This document shows, piece after piece, positions 13,201 to 28,530 of a DNA stretch of 64,000 bases. Within the stretch, counting starts at the first letter, position 1. Each line of letters opens with the position of its first letter. Made by a program: the position numbers and the translations under genes. The notes under the pieces were generated by a model. It was not told the origin of the DNA. It searched no databases and was given only the letters and a program-made list of their open reading frames with translations. Location: NCBI GenBank assembly GCA_964016885.1, contig OZ024742.1:331576001-331640000 (forward strand), in the 5' to 3' direction. The stretch is from Eledone cirrhosa (lineage: Eukaryota).

Positions 13201-16200
13201 CTGAATATTGAAGGTTATTTTTGAAGAGGAGATGATTTAGTGGCAGTTGGGGTGAACACTGAACACTGAACACTGAATATTGAAGGTTATTTTTGGCAGA
13301 AGAGAAGATTTAGTGGCAGTTGGGGTGAACACTGAACATTGAATTTTGAATATTGAAGGTTATTTTTGGCAGAAGAGAGGATTTAGTGGCAGTTGGGGTG
13401 AACACTGAACAGTGAACACTGAATATTGAAGGTTATTTTTGGCAGAAGAGAGGATTTAGTGACAGTTGGGGTGAACACTGAACACTGAACATTGAATATT
13501 GAAGGTTAATTTTGCAGAAGAGAGGATTTAGTGGCAGTTGGGGTGAACACTGAACACTGAACACTGAATACTGAACACTGAATATTGAAGGTTATTTTTG
13601 GCAGAAGAGAGGATTTAGTGGCAGTTGGGGTGAACACTGAACACTGAATAGTGAAGGTTATTTTTGGCAGAAGAGAGAATTTAGTGGCAGTTGTGGTGAA
13701 CACTGAACACTGAACACTGAATATTGAAGGTTATTTTTGGCAGAAGAGAGGATTTAGTGGCAGTTGGGGTGAACACTGAACACTGAATATTGAATATTGA
13801 AGGTTATTTTTGCAGAAGAGAAGATTTAGTGGCAGTTGGGGTGAACACTGAACACTGAACATTGAAGGTTATTTTTGGCAGAAGAGAGGATTTAGTGGCA
13901 GTTGGGGTGAACACTGAACACTGAATATTGAAGGTTATTTTTCCAGAAGAGAGGATTTAGTGGCCGTTGCGGTGAACACTGAACACTGAATATTGAATAT
14001 TGAAGGTTATTTTTGCAGAAGAGAGGATTTAGTGGCCGTTGGATGAACACTGAACACTGAATATTGAATATTGAAGGTTATTTTTGCAGAAGAGAGGATC
14101 TAGTGGCAGTTGGGGTGAACACTGAACACTGAATATTGAAGGTTATTTTTGGCAGAAGAGAGAATTTAGTGGCAGTTGGGGTGAACACTGAACACTGAAC
14201 ACTGAATATTGAAGGTTATTTTTGGCAGAAGAGAGGATTTAGTGGCAGTTGGGGTGAACACTAAACACTGAACACTGAATATTGAAGGTTATTTTTGCAG
14301 AGGAGAGGATTTAGTGGCAGTTGGGGTGAACACTGAACACTGAACACTGAATATTGAAGGTTATTTTTGGCAGAAGACAAGATTTAGTGGCAGTTGGGGT
14401 GAACAGTGAACATTGAATTTTGAATATTGAAGGTTATTTTTGGCAGAAGAGAGGATTTAGTGGCAGTTGGGGTGAACACTGAACAGTGAACACTGAATAT
14501 TGAAGGTTATTTTTGGCAGAAGAGAGGATTTAGTGGCAGTTGGGGTGAACACTGAATATTGAAGGTTATCTTTGGCAGAAGAGAGGATTTAGTGGCAGTT
14601 GGGGTGAACACTGAATATTGAATATTGAAGTTTATTTTTGCAGAAGAGAGGATTTAGTGACAGTTGGGGTGAACACTGAACACTTAATATTGAATATTGA
14701 AGGTTATTTTTGCAGAAGAGAGGATTTAGTGGCAGTTGGGGTGAACAATGAACACTGAATATTGAATATTGAAGATTATTTTTGCAGAAGAGAGGATTTA
14801 GTGGCAGTTGGGATGAACACTGAACACTGAATATTGAATATTGAAGGTTATTTTTGCAGAAGAGAGGATTTAGTGGCAGTTGGGATGAACACTGAACACT
14901 GAACACTGAATATTGAATGTTATTTTTGGCAGAAGAGAGGATTTAGTGGCAGTTGGGGTGAACACTAAACACTGAACACTGAATATTGAAGGTTATTTTT
15001 GCAGAGGAGATGATTTAGTGGCAGTTGGGGTGAACACTGAACACTGAACACTGAATATTGAAGGTTATTTTTGGCAGAAGAGAAGATTTAGTGGCAGTTG
15101 GGGTGAACACTGAACATTGAATTTTGAATATTGAAGGTTATTTCTGGCAGAAGAGAGGATTTAGTGGCAGTTGGGGTGAACACTGAACAGTGAACACTGA
15201 ATATTGAAGGTTATTTTTGGCAGAAGTGAGGATTTAGTGACAGTTGGGGTGAACACTGAACACTGAACATTGAATATTGAAGGTTAATTTTGCAGAAGAG
15301 AGGATTTAGTGGCAGTTGGAGCGAACACTGAACACTGAACACTGAATACTGAACACTGAATATTGAAGGTTATTTTTGGCAGAAGAGAGGATTTAGTGGC
15401 AGTTGGGGTGAACACTGAACACTGAATAGTTTAGGTTATTTTTGGCAGAAGAGAGGATTTAGTGGCAGTTGTGGTGAACACTGAACACTGAACACTGAAT
15501 ATTGAAGGTTATTTTTGGCAGAAGAGAGGATTTAGTGGAAGTTGGGGTGAACAGTGAACACTGAATATTGAATATTGAAGGTTATTTTTGCAGAAGAGAA
15601 GATTTAGTGGCAGTTGGGGTGAACACTGAACACTGAACATTGAGGGTTATTTTTGGCAGAAGAGAGGATTTAGTGGCAGTTGGGGTGAACACTGAACACT
15701 GAATATTGAAGGTTATTTTTCCAGAAGAGAGGATTTAGTGGCCGTTGCGGTGAACACTGAACACTGAATATTGAATATTGAAGGTTATTTTTGCAGAAGA
15801 GAGGATTTAGTGGCCGTTGGGATGAACACTGAACACTGAATATTGAATATTGAAGGTTATTTTTGCAGAAGAGAGGATCTAGTGGCAGTTGGGGTGAACA
15901 CTGAACACTGAATATTGAAGGTTATTTTTGGCAGAAGAGAGAATTTAGTGGCAGTTGGGGTGAACACTGAACACTGAACACTGAATATTGAAGGTTATTT
16001 TTGGCAGAAGAGAGGATTTAGTGGCAGTTGGGGTGAACACTAAACACTGAAGACTGAATATTGAAGGTTATTTTTGCAGAGGAGAGGATTTAGTGGCAGT
16101 TGGGGTGAACACTGAACACTGAACACTGAATATTGAAGGTTATTTTTGGCAGAAGACAAGATTTAGTGGCAGTTGGGGTGAACAGTGAACATTGAATTTT

Positions 16201-17389
16201 GAATATTGAAGGTTATTTTTGGCAGAAGAGAGGATTTAGTGGCAGTTGGGGTTAACACTGAACAGTGAACACTGAATATTGAAGGTTATTTTTGTCAGAA
16301 GAGAGGATTTAGTGACAGTTGGGGTGAACACTGAACACTGAACATTGAATATTGAATGTTAATTTTGCAGAAGAGAGGATTTAGTGGCAGTTGGGGTGAA
16401 CACTGAACACTGAACACTGAATACTGAACACTGAATATTGAAGGTTATTTTTGGCAGAAGAGAGGATTTAGTGGCAGTTGGGGTGAACACTGAACACTGA
16501 ACACTCAATATTGAAGATTATTTTTGTCAGAAGAGAGGATTTAGTGGCAGTTGGGGTGAACACTGAACACTGATACCTGAATATTGAAGGTTATTTTTGG
16601 CAGAAGAGAGGATTTAGTGGCAGTTGGGGTGAACACTGAATATTAAAGGTTATTGTTGGCAGAAGAGAGGATTTAGTGGCAGTTGGGGTGAACACTGAAC
16701 ACTGAATATTGAAGGTTATTTTTGGCAGAAGAGAGGATTTAGTGGCAGTTGGGGTGAACACTGAATATTGAAGGTTATCTTTGGCAGAAGAGAGGATTTA
16801 GTGGCAGTTGGGGTGAACACTGAATATTGAATATTGAAGTTTATTTTTGCAGAAGAGAGGATTTAGTGACAGTTGGGGTGAACACTGAACACTGAATATT
16901 GAATATTGAATGTTATTTTTGCAGAACAGAGGATTTAGTGGCAGTTGGGGTGAACACTGAACACTGAATATTGAATATTGAAGGTTATTTTTGCAGAAGA
17001 GAGGATTTAGTGGCAGTTGGGGTGAACACTGAACACTGAATATTGAATATTGAAGGTTATTTTTGCAGAAGAGAGGATTTAGTGGCAGTTGGGATGAACA
17101 ATGAACACTGAACACTGAGTATTGAAGGTTATTTTTGCAGAAGAGAGGATTTAGTGGCAGTTGGGGTGAACACTGAACACTGAATATTGAATATTGAAGG
17201 TTATTTTTGCAGAAGAGAGGATTTAGTGGCAGTTGGGGTGAACACTGAACACTGAACACTGAATATTGAAGGTTATTTCTGGCAGAAGAGAGGATTTAGT
17301 GGCAGTTAGGGTGAACACTGAACACTGAATATTGAATATTGAAGGTTATTTTTGGCAGAAGAGAGGATTTAGTGGCAGTTGGGGTGAAC

Positions 17390-19700
17390 ACTGAACACTG
17401 AATATTGAAGGTTATTTTTGTAGAAGAGAGGATTTAGTGGCAGTTGGGGTGAACACTGAACACTGATCACTGAATATTGAAGGTTATTTTTGGCAGACGA
17501 GAGGATTTAGTGGCAGTTGGGGTGAACACTGAACACTGAATATTGAATATTGAAGGTTATTTTTGGCAGAAGAGAGGATTTAGTGGCAGTTGGGGTGAAC
17601 ACTGAACACTGAATATTGAATATTGAAGGTTATCTTTGCAGAAGAGAGGATTTAGTGGCAGTTGGGGTGAACACTGATCACTGAATATTGAATATTGAAG
17701 GTTATTTTTGCAGAAGAGAGGATTTAGTGGCAGTTGGGGTGAACACTGAACACTGAATATTGAATATTGAAGGTTATTTTTGCATAAGAGAGGATTTAGT
17801 GGCAGTTGGGTGAACACTGAACGCTGAACACTGAATACTGAAGGTTCTTTTTGCAGAAGAGAGGATTTAGTGGCAGTTGGGGTGAACACTGAACACTGAA
17901 TATTGAAGGTTATTTTTGGCAGAAGAGAGGATTTAGTGGCAGTTGGGGTGAACACTGAACACTGAATATTGAATATTGAAGGTTATTTTTGGCAAAAGAT
18001 AGGATTTAGTGGCAGTTGGGGTGAACACTGAACACTGAATATTGAAGGTTATTTTTGGCAGAAGATAGGATTTAGTGGCAGTTGGGGTGAACACTGAGCA
18101 CTGAACACTGAATATTGAAGGTTATTTTTGGCAGAAGAGAGGATTTAGTGGCAGTTGGGGTGAACACTGAACACTGAATATTGAAGGTTATTTTTGCAGA
18201 AGAGAGGATTTATGGCAGTTGGGGTGAACACTGAACACTGAACACTGAATATTGAAGGTTATTTTTGCAGAAGAGAGGGTTTAGTGGCAGTTGGGGTGTA
18301 CACTGTACACTGAATATTGAATATTGAAGGTTATATTTGGCAGAAGAGAGGATTTAGTGGCAGTTTGGGTGAACACTGAACACTGAATATTGAAGGTTAT
18401 TTTTGGCAGAAGAGAGGATTTAGTGGCAGTTTGGGTGAACACTGAACACTGAATATTGAATATTGAAGGTTATTTTTGGCAGAAGAGAGGATTTAGTGGC
18501 AGTTGGGGTGAACACTGAACACTGAATATTGAAGGTTATTTTTGGCAGAAGATAGGATTTAGTGGCAGTTGGGGTGAACAATGAACACTGAATATTGAAT
18601 ATTGAAGGTTATTTTTGGCAGAAGAGAGGATTTAGTGGCAGTTGGGTTGAACACTGAACACTGAATATTGAAGGTTATTTTTGCAGAAGAGAGGATTTAG
18701 TGGCAGTTGGGGTGAACACTGAACACTGAACACTGAATATTGAAGGTTATTTTTGGCAGACGAGAGGATTTAGTGGCAGTTGGGGTGAACACTGTACACT
18801 GAATATTGAATATTGAAGGTTATTTTTGGCAGAAGAGAGGATTTAGTGGCAGTTGGGTTGAACACTGAACACTGAATATTGAATATTGAAGGTTATCTTT
18901 GCAGAAGAGAGGATTTAGTGGCAGTTGGGGTGAACACTGATCACTGAATATTGAATATTGAAGGTTATTTTTGCAGAAGAGAGGATTTAGTGGCAGTTGG
19001 GGTGAACACTGAACACTGAATATTGAATATTGAAGGTTATTTTTGCATAAGAGAGGATTTAGTGGCAGTTGGGTGAACACTGAACGCTGAACACTGAATA
19101 CTGAAGGTTCTTTTTGCAGAAGAGAGGATTTAGTGGCAGTTGGGGTGAACACTGAACACTGAATATTGAAGGTTATTTTTGGCAGAAGAGAGGATTTAGT
19201 GGCAGTTGGGGTGAACACTGAACACTGAACACTGAATATTGAAGGTTATTTTTGGCAGAAGAGAGGATTTAGTAGCAGTTGGGGTGAACACTGAACACTG
19301 AATATTGAAGGTTATTTTTGCAGAAGAGAGGATTTATGGCAGTTGGGGTGAACACTGAACACTGAACACTGAATATTGAAGGTTATTTTTGGAGAAGAGA
19401 GGGTTTAGTGGCAGTTGGGGTGTACACTGTACACTGAATATTGAATATTGAAGGTTATTTTTGGCAGAAGAGAGGATTTAGTGGCAGTTTGGGTGAACAC
19501 TGAACACTGAATATTGAAGGTTATTTTTGGCAGAAGAGAGGATTTAGTGGCAGTTTGGGTGAACACTGAACACTGAATATTGAAGGTTATTTTTGGCAGA
19601 AGAGAGGATTTAGTGGCAGTTGGGGTGAACACTGAACACTGAATATTGAAGGTTATTTTTGGCAGAAGATAGGATTTAGTGGCAGTTGGGGTGAACAATG
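17390..19700 (+). repeat. Imperfect block duplication, offset 1263 bp, shortening to ~1120 bp in the distal part
   Basis: Near-identical 132-aa ORFs lie at 17557 and 18820. Both copies share GACGAG, TGATCAC, CATAAG, GAACGC and GGTTCTT in the same order. GTGTACACTGTACAC occurs at ~18296 and ~19420. Confidence 0.75.
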
Positions 19701-22650
19701 AACACTGAATATTGAATATTGAAGGTTATTTTTGGCAGAAGAGAGGATTTAGTGGCAGTTGGGTTGAACACTGAACACTGAATATTGAAGGTTATTTTTG
19801 CAGAAGAGAGGATTTAGTGGCAGTTGGGGTGAACACTGAACACTGAACACTGAATATTGAAGGTTATTTTTGGCAGACGAGAGGATTTAGTGGCAGTTGG
19901 GGTGAACACTGAACACTGAATATTGAATATTGAAGGTTATTTTTGGCAGAAGAGAGGATTTAGTGGCAGTTGGGGTGAACACTGAACACTGAATATTGAA
20001 GGTTATTTTTGGCAGAAGATAGGATTTAGTGGCAGTTGGGGTGAACAATGAACACTGAATATTGAATATTGAAGGTTATTTTTGGCAGAAGAGAGGATTT
20101 AGTGGCAGTTGGGTTGAACACTGAACACTGAATATTGAATATTGAAGGTTATATTTGCAGAAGAGAGGATTTAGTGGCAGTTGGGTGAACACTGAACACT
20201 GAACACTGAATATTGAAGGTTATTTTTGGCAGAAGAGAGGATTTAGTGGCAGTTGGGGTGAAGACTAAACACTGAACACTGAATATTGAAGGTTATTTTT
20301 GCAGAGGAGAGGATTTAGTGGCAGTTGGGGTGAACACTGAACACTGAACACTGAATATTGAAGGTTATTTTTGGCAGAAGACAAGATTTAGTGGCAGTTG
20401 GGGTGAACACTGAACAGTGAACACTGAATATTGAAGGTTATTTTTGGCAGAAGAGAGGATTTAGTGGCAGTTGGGGTGAACACTGAACATTGAATATTGA
20501 AGGTTATTTTTGCAGAAGAGAGGATTTAGTGGCAGTTGGTGTGAACACTGAACACTGAACACTGAATACTGAACACTGAATATTGAAGGTTATTTTTGGC
20601 AGAAGAGAGGATTTAGTGGCAGTTGGGGTGAACACTGAACACTGAACACTCAATATTGAAGATTATTTTTGTCAGAAGAGAGGATTTAGTGGCAGTTGGG
20701 GTAAACACTGAACACTGATACCTGAATATTGAAGGTTATTTTTGGCAGAAGAGAGGATTTAGTGGCAGTTGGGGTGAACACTGAACACTGAATATTGAAT
20801 ATTGAAGGTTATTTTTGGCAGAAGAGAGGATTTAGTGGCAGTTAGGGTGAACACTGAACACTGAATATTGAATATTGAAGGTTATTTTTGGCAGAAGAGA
20901 GGATTTAGTGGCAGTTGGGGTGAACACTGAACACTGAATATTGAAGGTTATTTTTGCAGAAGAGAGGATTTAGTGGCAGTTGGGGTGAACACTGAACACT
21001 GATCACTGAATATTGAAGGTTATTTTTGGCAGACGAGAGGATTTAGTGGCAGTTGGGGTGAACACTGAACACTGAATATTGAATATTGAAGGTTATTTTT
21101 GGCAGAAGAGAGGATTTAGTGGCAGTTGGGGTGAACACTGAACACTGAATATTGAAGGTTATTTTTGGCAGAAGATAGGATTTAGTGGCAGTTGGGGTGA
21201 ACAATGAACACTGAATATTGAATATTGAAGGTTATTTTTGGCAGAAGAGAGGATTTAGTGGCAGTTGGGTTGAACACTGAACACTGAATATTGAAGGTTA
21301 TTTTTGCAGAAGAGAGGATTTAGTGGCAGTTGGGGTGAACACTGAACACTGAACACTGAATATTGAAGGTTATTTTTGGCAGACGAGAGGATTTAGTGGC
21401 AGTTGGGGTGAACACTGAACACTGAATATTGAATATTGAAGGTTATTTTTGGCAGAAGAGAGGATTTAGTGGCAGTTGGGGTGAACACTGAACACTGAAT
21501 ATTGAAGGTTATTTTTGGCAGAAGATAGGATTTAGTGGCAGTTGGGGTGAACAATGAACACTGAATATTGAATATTGAAGGTTATTTTTGGCAGAAGAGA
21601 GGATTTAGTGGCAGTTGGGTTGAACACTGAACACTGAATATTGAATATTGAAGGTTATATTTGCAGAAGAGAGGATTTAGTGGCAGTTGGGTGAACACTG
21701 AACACTGAACACTGAATATTGAAGGTTATTTTTGGCAGAAGAGAGGATTTAGTGGCAGTTGGGGTGAAGACTAAACACTGAACACTGAATATTGAAGGTT
21801 ATTTTTGCAGAGGAGAGGATTTAGTGGCAGTTGGGGTGAACACTGAACACTGAACACTGAATATTGAAGGTTATTTTTGGCAGAAGACAAGATTTAGTGG
21901 CAGTTGGGGTGAACACTGAACAGTGAACACTGAATATTGAAGGTTATTTTTGGCAGAAGAGAGGATTTAGTGGCAGTTGGGGTGAACACTGAACATTGAA
22001 TATTGAAGGTTATTTTTGCAGAAGAGAGGATTTAGTGGCAGTTGGTGTGAACACTGAACACTGAACACTGAATACTGAACACTGAATATTGAAGGTTATT
22101 TTTGGCAGAAGAGAGGATTTAGTGGCAGTTGGGGTGAACACTGAACACTGAACACTCAATATTGAAGATTATTTTTGTCAGAAGAGAGGATTTAGTGGCA
22201 GTTGGGGTAAACACTGAACACTGATACCTGAATATTGAAGGTTATTTTTGGCAGAAGAGAGGATTTAGTGGCAGTTGGGGTGAACACTGAACACTGAATA
22301 TTGAATATTGAAGGTTATTTTTGGCAGAAGAGAGGATTTAGTGGCAGTTAGGGTGAACACTGAACACTGAATATTGAATATTGAAGGTTATTTTTGGCAG
22401 AAGAGAGGATTTAGTGGCAGTTGGGGTGAACACTGAACACTGAATATTGAAGGTTATTTTTGCAGAAGAGAGGATTTAGTGGCAGTTGGGGTGAACACTG
22501 AACACTGATCACTGAATATTGAAGGTTATTTTTGGCAGACGAGAGGATTTAGTGGCAGTTGGGGTGAACACTGAACACTGAATATTGAATATTGAAGGTT
22601 ATTTTTGGCAGAAGAGAGGATTTAGTGGCAGTTGGGGTGAACACTGAACA
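19580..22650 (+). repeat. Tandem block duplication, period 1506 bp
   Basis: Paired variants at a constant 1506 offset: GAAGATAGG 19670/21176, GAAGACTAAAC 20261/21767, GTTGGTGTG 20540/22046, TGATCAC 21001/22507. Both copies also carry GGGTAAAC. Confidence 0.9.
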
Positions 22651-25149
22651 CTGAATATTGAATATTGAAGGTTATCTTTGCAGAAGAGAGGATTTAGTGG
22701 CAGTTGGGGTGAACACTGATCACTGAATATTGAATATTGAAGGTTATTTTTGCAGAAGAGAGGATTTAGTGGCAGTTGGGGTGAACACTGAACACTGAAT
22801 ATTGAATATTGAAGGTTATTTTTGCATAAGAGAGGATTTAGTGGCAGTTGGGTGAACACTGAACGCTGAACACTGAATACTGAAGATTCTTTTTGCAGAA
22901 GAGAGGATTTAGTGGCAGTTGGGGTGAACACTGAACACTGAATATTAAATATTGAAGGTTATTTTTGGCAGAAGAGAGGATTTAGTGGCAGTTGGGGTGA
23001 ACACTGAACACTGATTATTGAAGGTTATTTTTGGCAGAAGAGAGGATTTAGTGGCAGTTTGGGTGAACACTGAACACTGAATATTGAATATTGAAGGTTA
23101 TTTTTGGCAGAAGAGAGGATTTAGTGGCAGTTGGGGTGAACACTGAACACTGAATATTGAAGGTTATTTTTGGCAGAAGATAGGATTTAGTGGCAGTTGG
23201 GGTGAACACTGAACACTGAACACTGAATATTGAAGGTTATTTTTGGCAGAAGAGAGGATTTAGTGGCAGTTGGGGTGAACACTGAACACTGAATATTGAA
23301 GGTTATTTTTGCAGAAGAGAGAATTTATGGCAGTTGGGGTGAACACTGAACACTGAACACTGAATATTGAAGGTTATTTTTGCAGAAGAGAGGGTTTAGT
23401 GGCAGTTGGGGTGTACACTGTACACTGAATATTGAATATTGAAGGTTATTTTTGGCAGAAGAGAGGATTTAGTGGCAGTTTGGGTGAACACTGAACACTG
23501 AATATTGAATATTGAAGGTTATTTTTGGCAGAAGAGAGGATTTAGTGGCAGTTGGGGTGAACACTGATCACTGAATATTGAAGGTTATTTTTGGCAGAAG
23601 ATAGGATTTAGTGGCAGTTGGGGTGAACAATGAACACTGAATATTGAATATTGAAGGTTATTTTTGGCAGAAGAGAGGATTTAGTGGCAGTTGGGTTGAA
23701 CACTGAACACTGAATATTGAATATTGAAGGTTATCTTTGCAGAAGAGAGGATTTAGTGGCAGTTGGGGTGAACACTGATCACTGAATATTGAATATTGAA
23801 GGTTATTTTTGCAGAAGAGAGGATTTAGTGGCAGTTGGGGTGAACACTGAACACTGAATATTGAATATTGAAGGTTATTTTTGCATAAGAGAGGATTTAG
23901 TGGCAGTTGGGTGAACACTGAACGCTGAACACTGAATACTGAAGGTTCTTTTTGCAGAAGAGAGGATTTAGTGGCAGTTGGGGTGAACACTGAACACTGA
24001 ATATTGAAGGTTATTTTTGGCAGAAGAGAGGATTTAGTGGCAGTTGGGGTGAACACTGAACACTGAATATTAAATATTGAAGGTTATTCTTGGCAGAAGA
24101 GAGGATTTAGTGGCAGTTGGGGTGAACACTGAACACTGATTATTGAAGGTTATTTTTGGCAGAAGAGAGGATTTAGTGGCAGTTTGGGTGAACACTGAAC
24201 ACTGAATATTGAATATTGAAGGTTATTTTTGGCAGAAGAGAGGATTTAGTGGCAGTTGGGGTGAACACTGAACACTGAATATTGAAGGTTATTTTTGGCA
24301 GAAGATAGGATTTAGTGGCAGTTGGGGTGAACACTGAACACTGAACACTGAATATTGAAGGTTATTTTTGGCAGAAGAGAGGATTTAGTGGCAGTTGGGG
24401 TGAACACTGAACACTGAATATTGATGGTTATATTTGCAGAAGAGAGGATTTATGGCAGTTGGGGTGAACACTGAACACTGAACACTGAATATTGAAGGTT
24501 ATTTTTGCAGAAGAGAGGGTTTAGTGGCAGTTGGGGTGTACACTGTACACTGAATATTGAATATTGAAGGTTATTTTTGGCAGAAGAGAGGATTTAGTGG
24601 CAGTTTGGGTGAACACTGAACACTGAATATTGAAGGTTATTTTTGGCAGAAGAGAGGATTTAGTGGCAGTTTGGGTGAACACTGAACACTGAATATTGAA
24701 TATTGAAGGTTATTTTTGGCAGAAGAGAGGATTTAGTGGCAGTTGGGGTGAACACTGAACACTGAATATTGAAGGTTATTTTTGGCAGAAGATAGGATTT
24801 AGTGGCAGTTGGGGTGAACAATGAACACTGAATATTGAATATTGAAGGTTATTTTTGGCAGAAGAGAGGATTTAGTGGCAGTTGGGTTGAACACTGAACA
24901 CAGAATATTGAAGGTTATTTTTGCAGAAGAGAGGATGTAGTGGCAGTTGGGGTGAACACTGAACACTGAACACTGAATATTGAAGGTTATTTTTGGCAGA
25001 CGAGAGGATTTAGTGGCAGTTGGGTTGAACACTGAACACTGAATATTGAATATTGAAGGTTATTTTTGGCAGAAGAGAGGATTTAGTGGCAGTTGGGCTG
25101 AACACTGAACACTGAATATTGAATATTGAAGGTTATATTTGCAGAAGAG

Positions 25150-28100
25150 AGGATTTAGTGGCAGTTGGGTTAACACTGAACACTGAACACTGAATATTGA
25201 AGGTTATTTTTGGCAGAAGAGAGGATTTAGTGGCAGTTGGGGTGAAGACTAAACACTGAACACTGAATATTGAAGGTTATTTTTGCAGAGGAGAGGATTT
25301 AGTGGCAGTTGGGGTGAACACTGAACACTGAACACTGAATATTGAAGGTTATTTTTGGCAGAAGACAAGATTTAGTGGCAGTTGGGGTGAACACTGAACA
25401 GTGAACACTGAATATTGAAGGTTATTTTTGGCAGAAGAGAGGATTTAGTGGCAGTTGGGGTGAACACTGAACACTGAACATTGAATATTGAAGGTTATTT
25501 TTGCAGAAGAGAGGATTTAGTGGGAGTTGGGGTGAACACTGAACACTGAACACTGAATACTGAACACTGAATATTGAAGGTTATTTTTGGCAGAAGAGAG
25601 GATTTAGTGGCAGTTGGGGTGAACACTGAACACTGAATATTGAAGGTTATTTTTGGCAGAAGATAGGATTTAGTGGCAGTTGGGGTGAACAATGAACACT
25701 GAATATTGAATATTGAAGGTTATTTTTGGCAGAAGAGAGGATTTAGTGGCAGTTGGGTTGAACACTGAACACTGAATATTGAAGGTTATTTTTGCAGAAG
25801 AGAGGATTTAGTGGCAGTTGGGGTGAACACTGAACACTGAACACTGAATATTGAAGGTTATTTTTGGCAGACGAGAGGATTTAGTGGCAGTTGGGTTGAA
25901 CACTGAACACTTAATATTGAATATTGAAGGTTATTTTTGGCAGAAGAGAGGATTTAGTGGCAGTTGGGCTGAACACTGAACACTGAATATTGAATATTGA
26001 AGGTTATATTTGCAGAAGAGAGTATTTAGTGGCAGTTGGGTGAACACTGAACACTGAACACTGAATATTGAAGGTTATTTTTGGCAGAAGAGAGGATTTA
26101 GTGGCAGTTGGGGTGAAGACTAAACACTGAACACTGAATATTGAAGGTTATTTTTGCAGAGGAGAGGATTTAGTGGCGGTTGGGGTGAACACTGAACACT
26201 GAACACTGAATATTGAAGGTTATTTTTGGCAGAAGACAAGATTTAGTGGCAGTTGGGGTGAACACTGAACAGTGAACACTGAATATTGAAGGTTATTTTT
26301 GGCAGAAGAGAGGATTTAGTGGCAGTTGGGGTGAACACTGAACACTGAACATTGAATATTGAACGTTATTTTTGCAGAAGAGAGGATTTAGTGGCAGTTG
26401 GGGTGAACACTGAACACTGAACACTGAATACTGAACACTGAATATTGAAGGTTATTTTTGGCAGAAGAGAGGATTTAGTGGCAGTTGGGGTGAACACTGA
26501 ACACTGAACACTCAATATTGAAGATTATTTTTGTCAGAAGAGAGGATTTAGTGGCAGTTGGGGTGAACACTGAACACTGATACCTGAATATTGAAGGTTA
26601 TTTTTGGCAGAAGAGAGGATTTAATGGCAGTTGGGGTGAACACTGAACAGTGAACACTGAATATTGAAGGTTCTTTTTGGCAGAAGAGAGGATTTAGTGG
26701 CAGTTGGGGTGAACACTGAACACTGAACATTGAATATTGAAGGTTATTTTTGCAGAAGAGAGGATTTCGTGGCAGTTGGGGTGAACACTGAACACTGAAC
26801 ACTGAATACTGAACACTGAATATTGAAGGTTATTTTTGCAGAAGAGAGGATTTAGTGGCAGTTGGGTGAACACTGAACACTGAACACTGAATATTGAAGG
26901 TTATTTTTGGCAGGAGAGAGGATTTAGTGGCAGTTGGGGTGAAGACTAAACACTGAACACTGAATATTGAAGGTTATTTTTGCAGAGGAGAGGATTTAGT
27001 GGCAGTTGGGGTGAACACTGAACACTGAACACTGAATATTGAAGGTTATTTTTGGCAGAAGACAAGATTTAGTGGCAGTTGGGGTGAACACTGAACAGTG
27101 AACACTGAATATTGAAGGTTATTTTTGGCAGAAGAGAGGATTTAGTGGCAGTTGGGGTGAACACTGAACACTGAACATTGAATATTGAAGGTTATTTTTG
27201 CAGAAGAGAGGATTTAGTGGGAGTTGGGGTGAACACTGAACACTGAACACTGAATACTGAACACTGAATATTGAAGGTTATTTTTGGCAGAAGAGAGGAT
27301 TTAGTGGCAGTTGGGGTGAACACTGAACACTGAATATTAAAGGTTATTTTTGGCAGAAGATAGGATTTAGTGGCAGTTGGGGTGAACAATGAACACTGAA
27401 TATTGAATATTGAAGGTTATTTTTGGCAGAAGAGAGGATTTAGTGGCAGTTGGGTTGAACACTGAACACTGAATATTGAAGGTTATTTTTGCAGAAGAGA
27501 GGATTTAGTGGCAGTTGGGGTGAACACTGAACACTGAACACTGAATATTGAAGGTTATTTTTGGCAGACGAGAGGATTTAGTGGCAGTTGGGTTGAACAC
27601 TGAACACTGAATATTGAATATTGAAGGTTATTTTTGGCAGAAGAGAGGATTTAGTGGCAGTTGGGCTGAACACTGAACACTGAATATTGAATATTGAAGG
27701 TTATATTTGCAGAAGAGAGGATTTAGTGGCAGTTGGGTGAACACTGAACACTGAACACTGAATATTGAAGGTTATTTTTGGCAGAAGAGAGGATTTAGTG
27801 GCAGTTGGGGTGAAGACTAAACACTGAACACTGAATATTGAAGGTTATTTTTGCAGAGGAGAGGATTTAGTGGCAGTTGGGGTGAACACTGAACACTGAA
27901 CACTGAATATTGAAGGTTATTTTTGGCAGAAGACAAGATTTAGTGGCAGTTGGGGTGAACACTGAACAGTGAACACTGAATATTGAAGGTTATTTTTGGC
28001 AGAAGAGAGGATTTAGTGGCAGTTGGGGTGAACACTGAACACTGAACATTGAATATTGAAGGTTATTTTTGCAGAAGAGAGGATTTAGTGGCAGTTGGGG

Positions 28101-28530
28101 TGAACACTGAACACTGAACACTGAATACTGAACACTGAATATTGAAGGTTATTTTTGGCAGAAGAGAGGATTTAGTGGCAGTTGGGGTGAACACTGAACA
28201 CTGAACACTCAATATTGAAGATTATTTTTGTCAGAAGAGAGGATTTAGTGGCAGTTGGGGTGAACACTGAACACTGATACCTGAATATTGAAGGTTATTT
28301 TTGGCAGAAGAGAGGATTTAATGGCAGTTGGGGTGAACACTGAACAGTGAACACTGAATATTGAAGGTTCTTTTTGGCAGAAGAGAGGATTTAGTGGCAG
28401 TTGGGGTGAACACTGAACACTGAACATTGAATATTGAAGGTTATTTTTGCAGAAGAGAGGATTTCGTGGCAGTTGGGGTGAACACTGAACACTGAACACT
28501 GAATACTGAACACTGAATATTGAAGGTTAT
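25150..28530 (+). repeat. Tandem block duplication, period 1697 bp
   Basis: The private variant GTGGGAGTT occurs at 25525 and 27222. ORF pairs 25495/27192 and 26548/28245 share the same offset. Confidence 0.9.
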
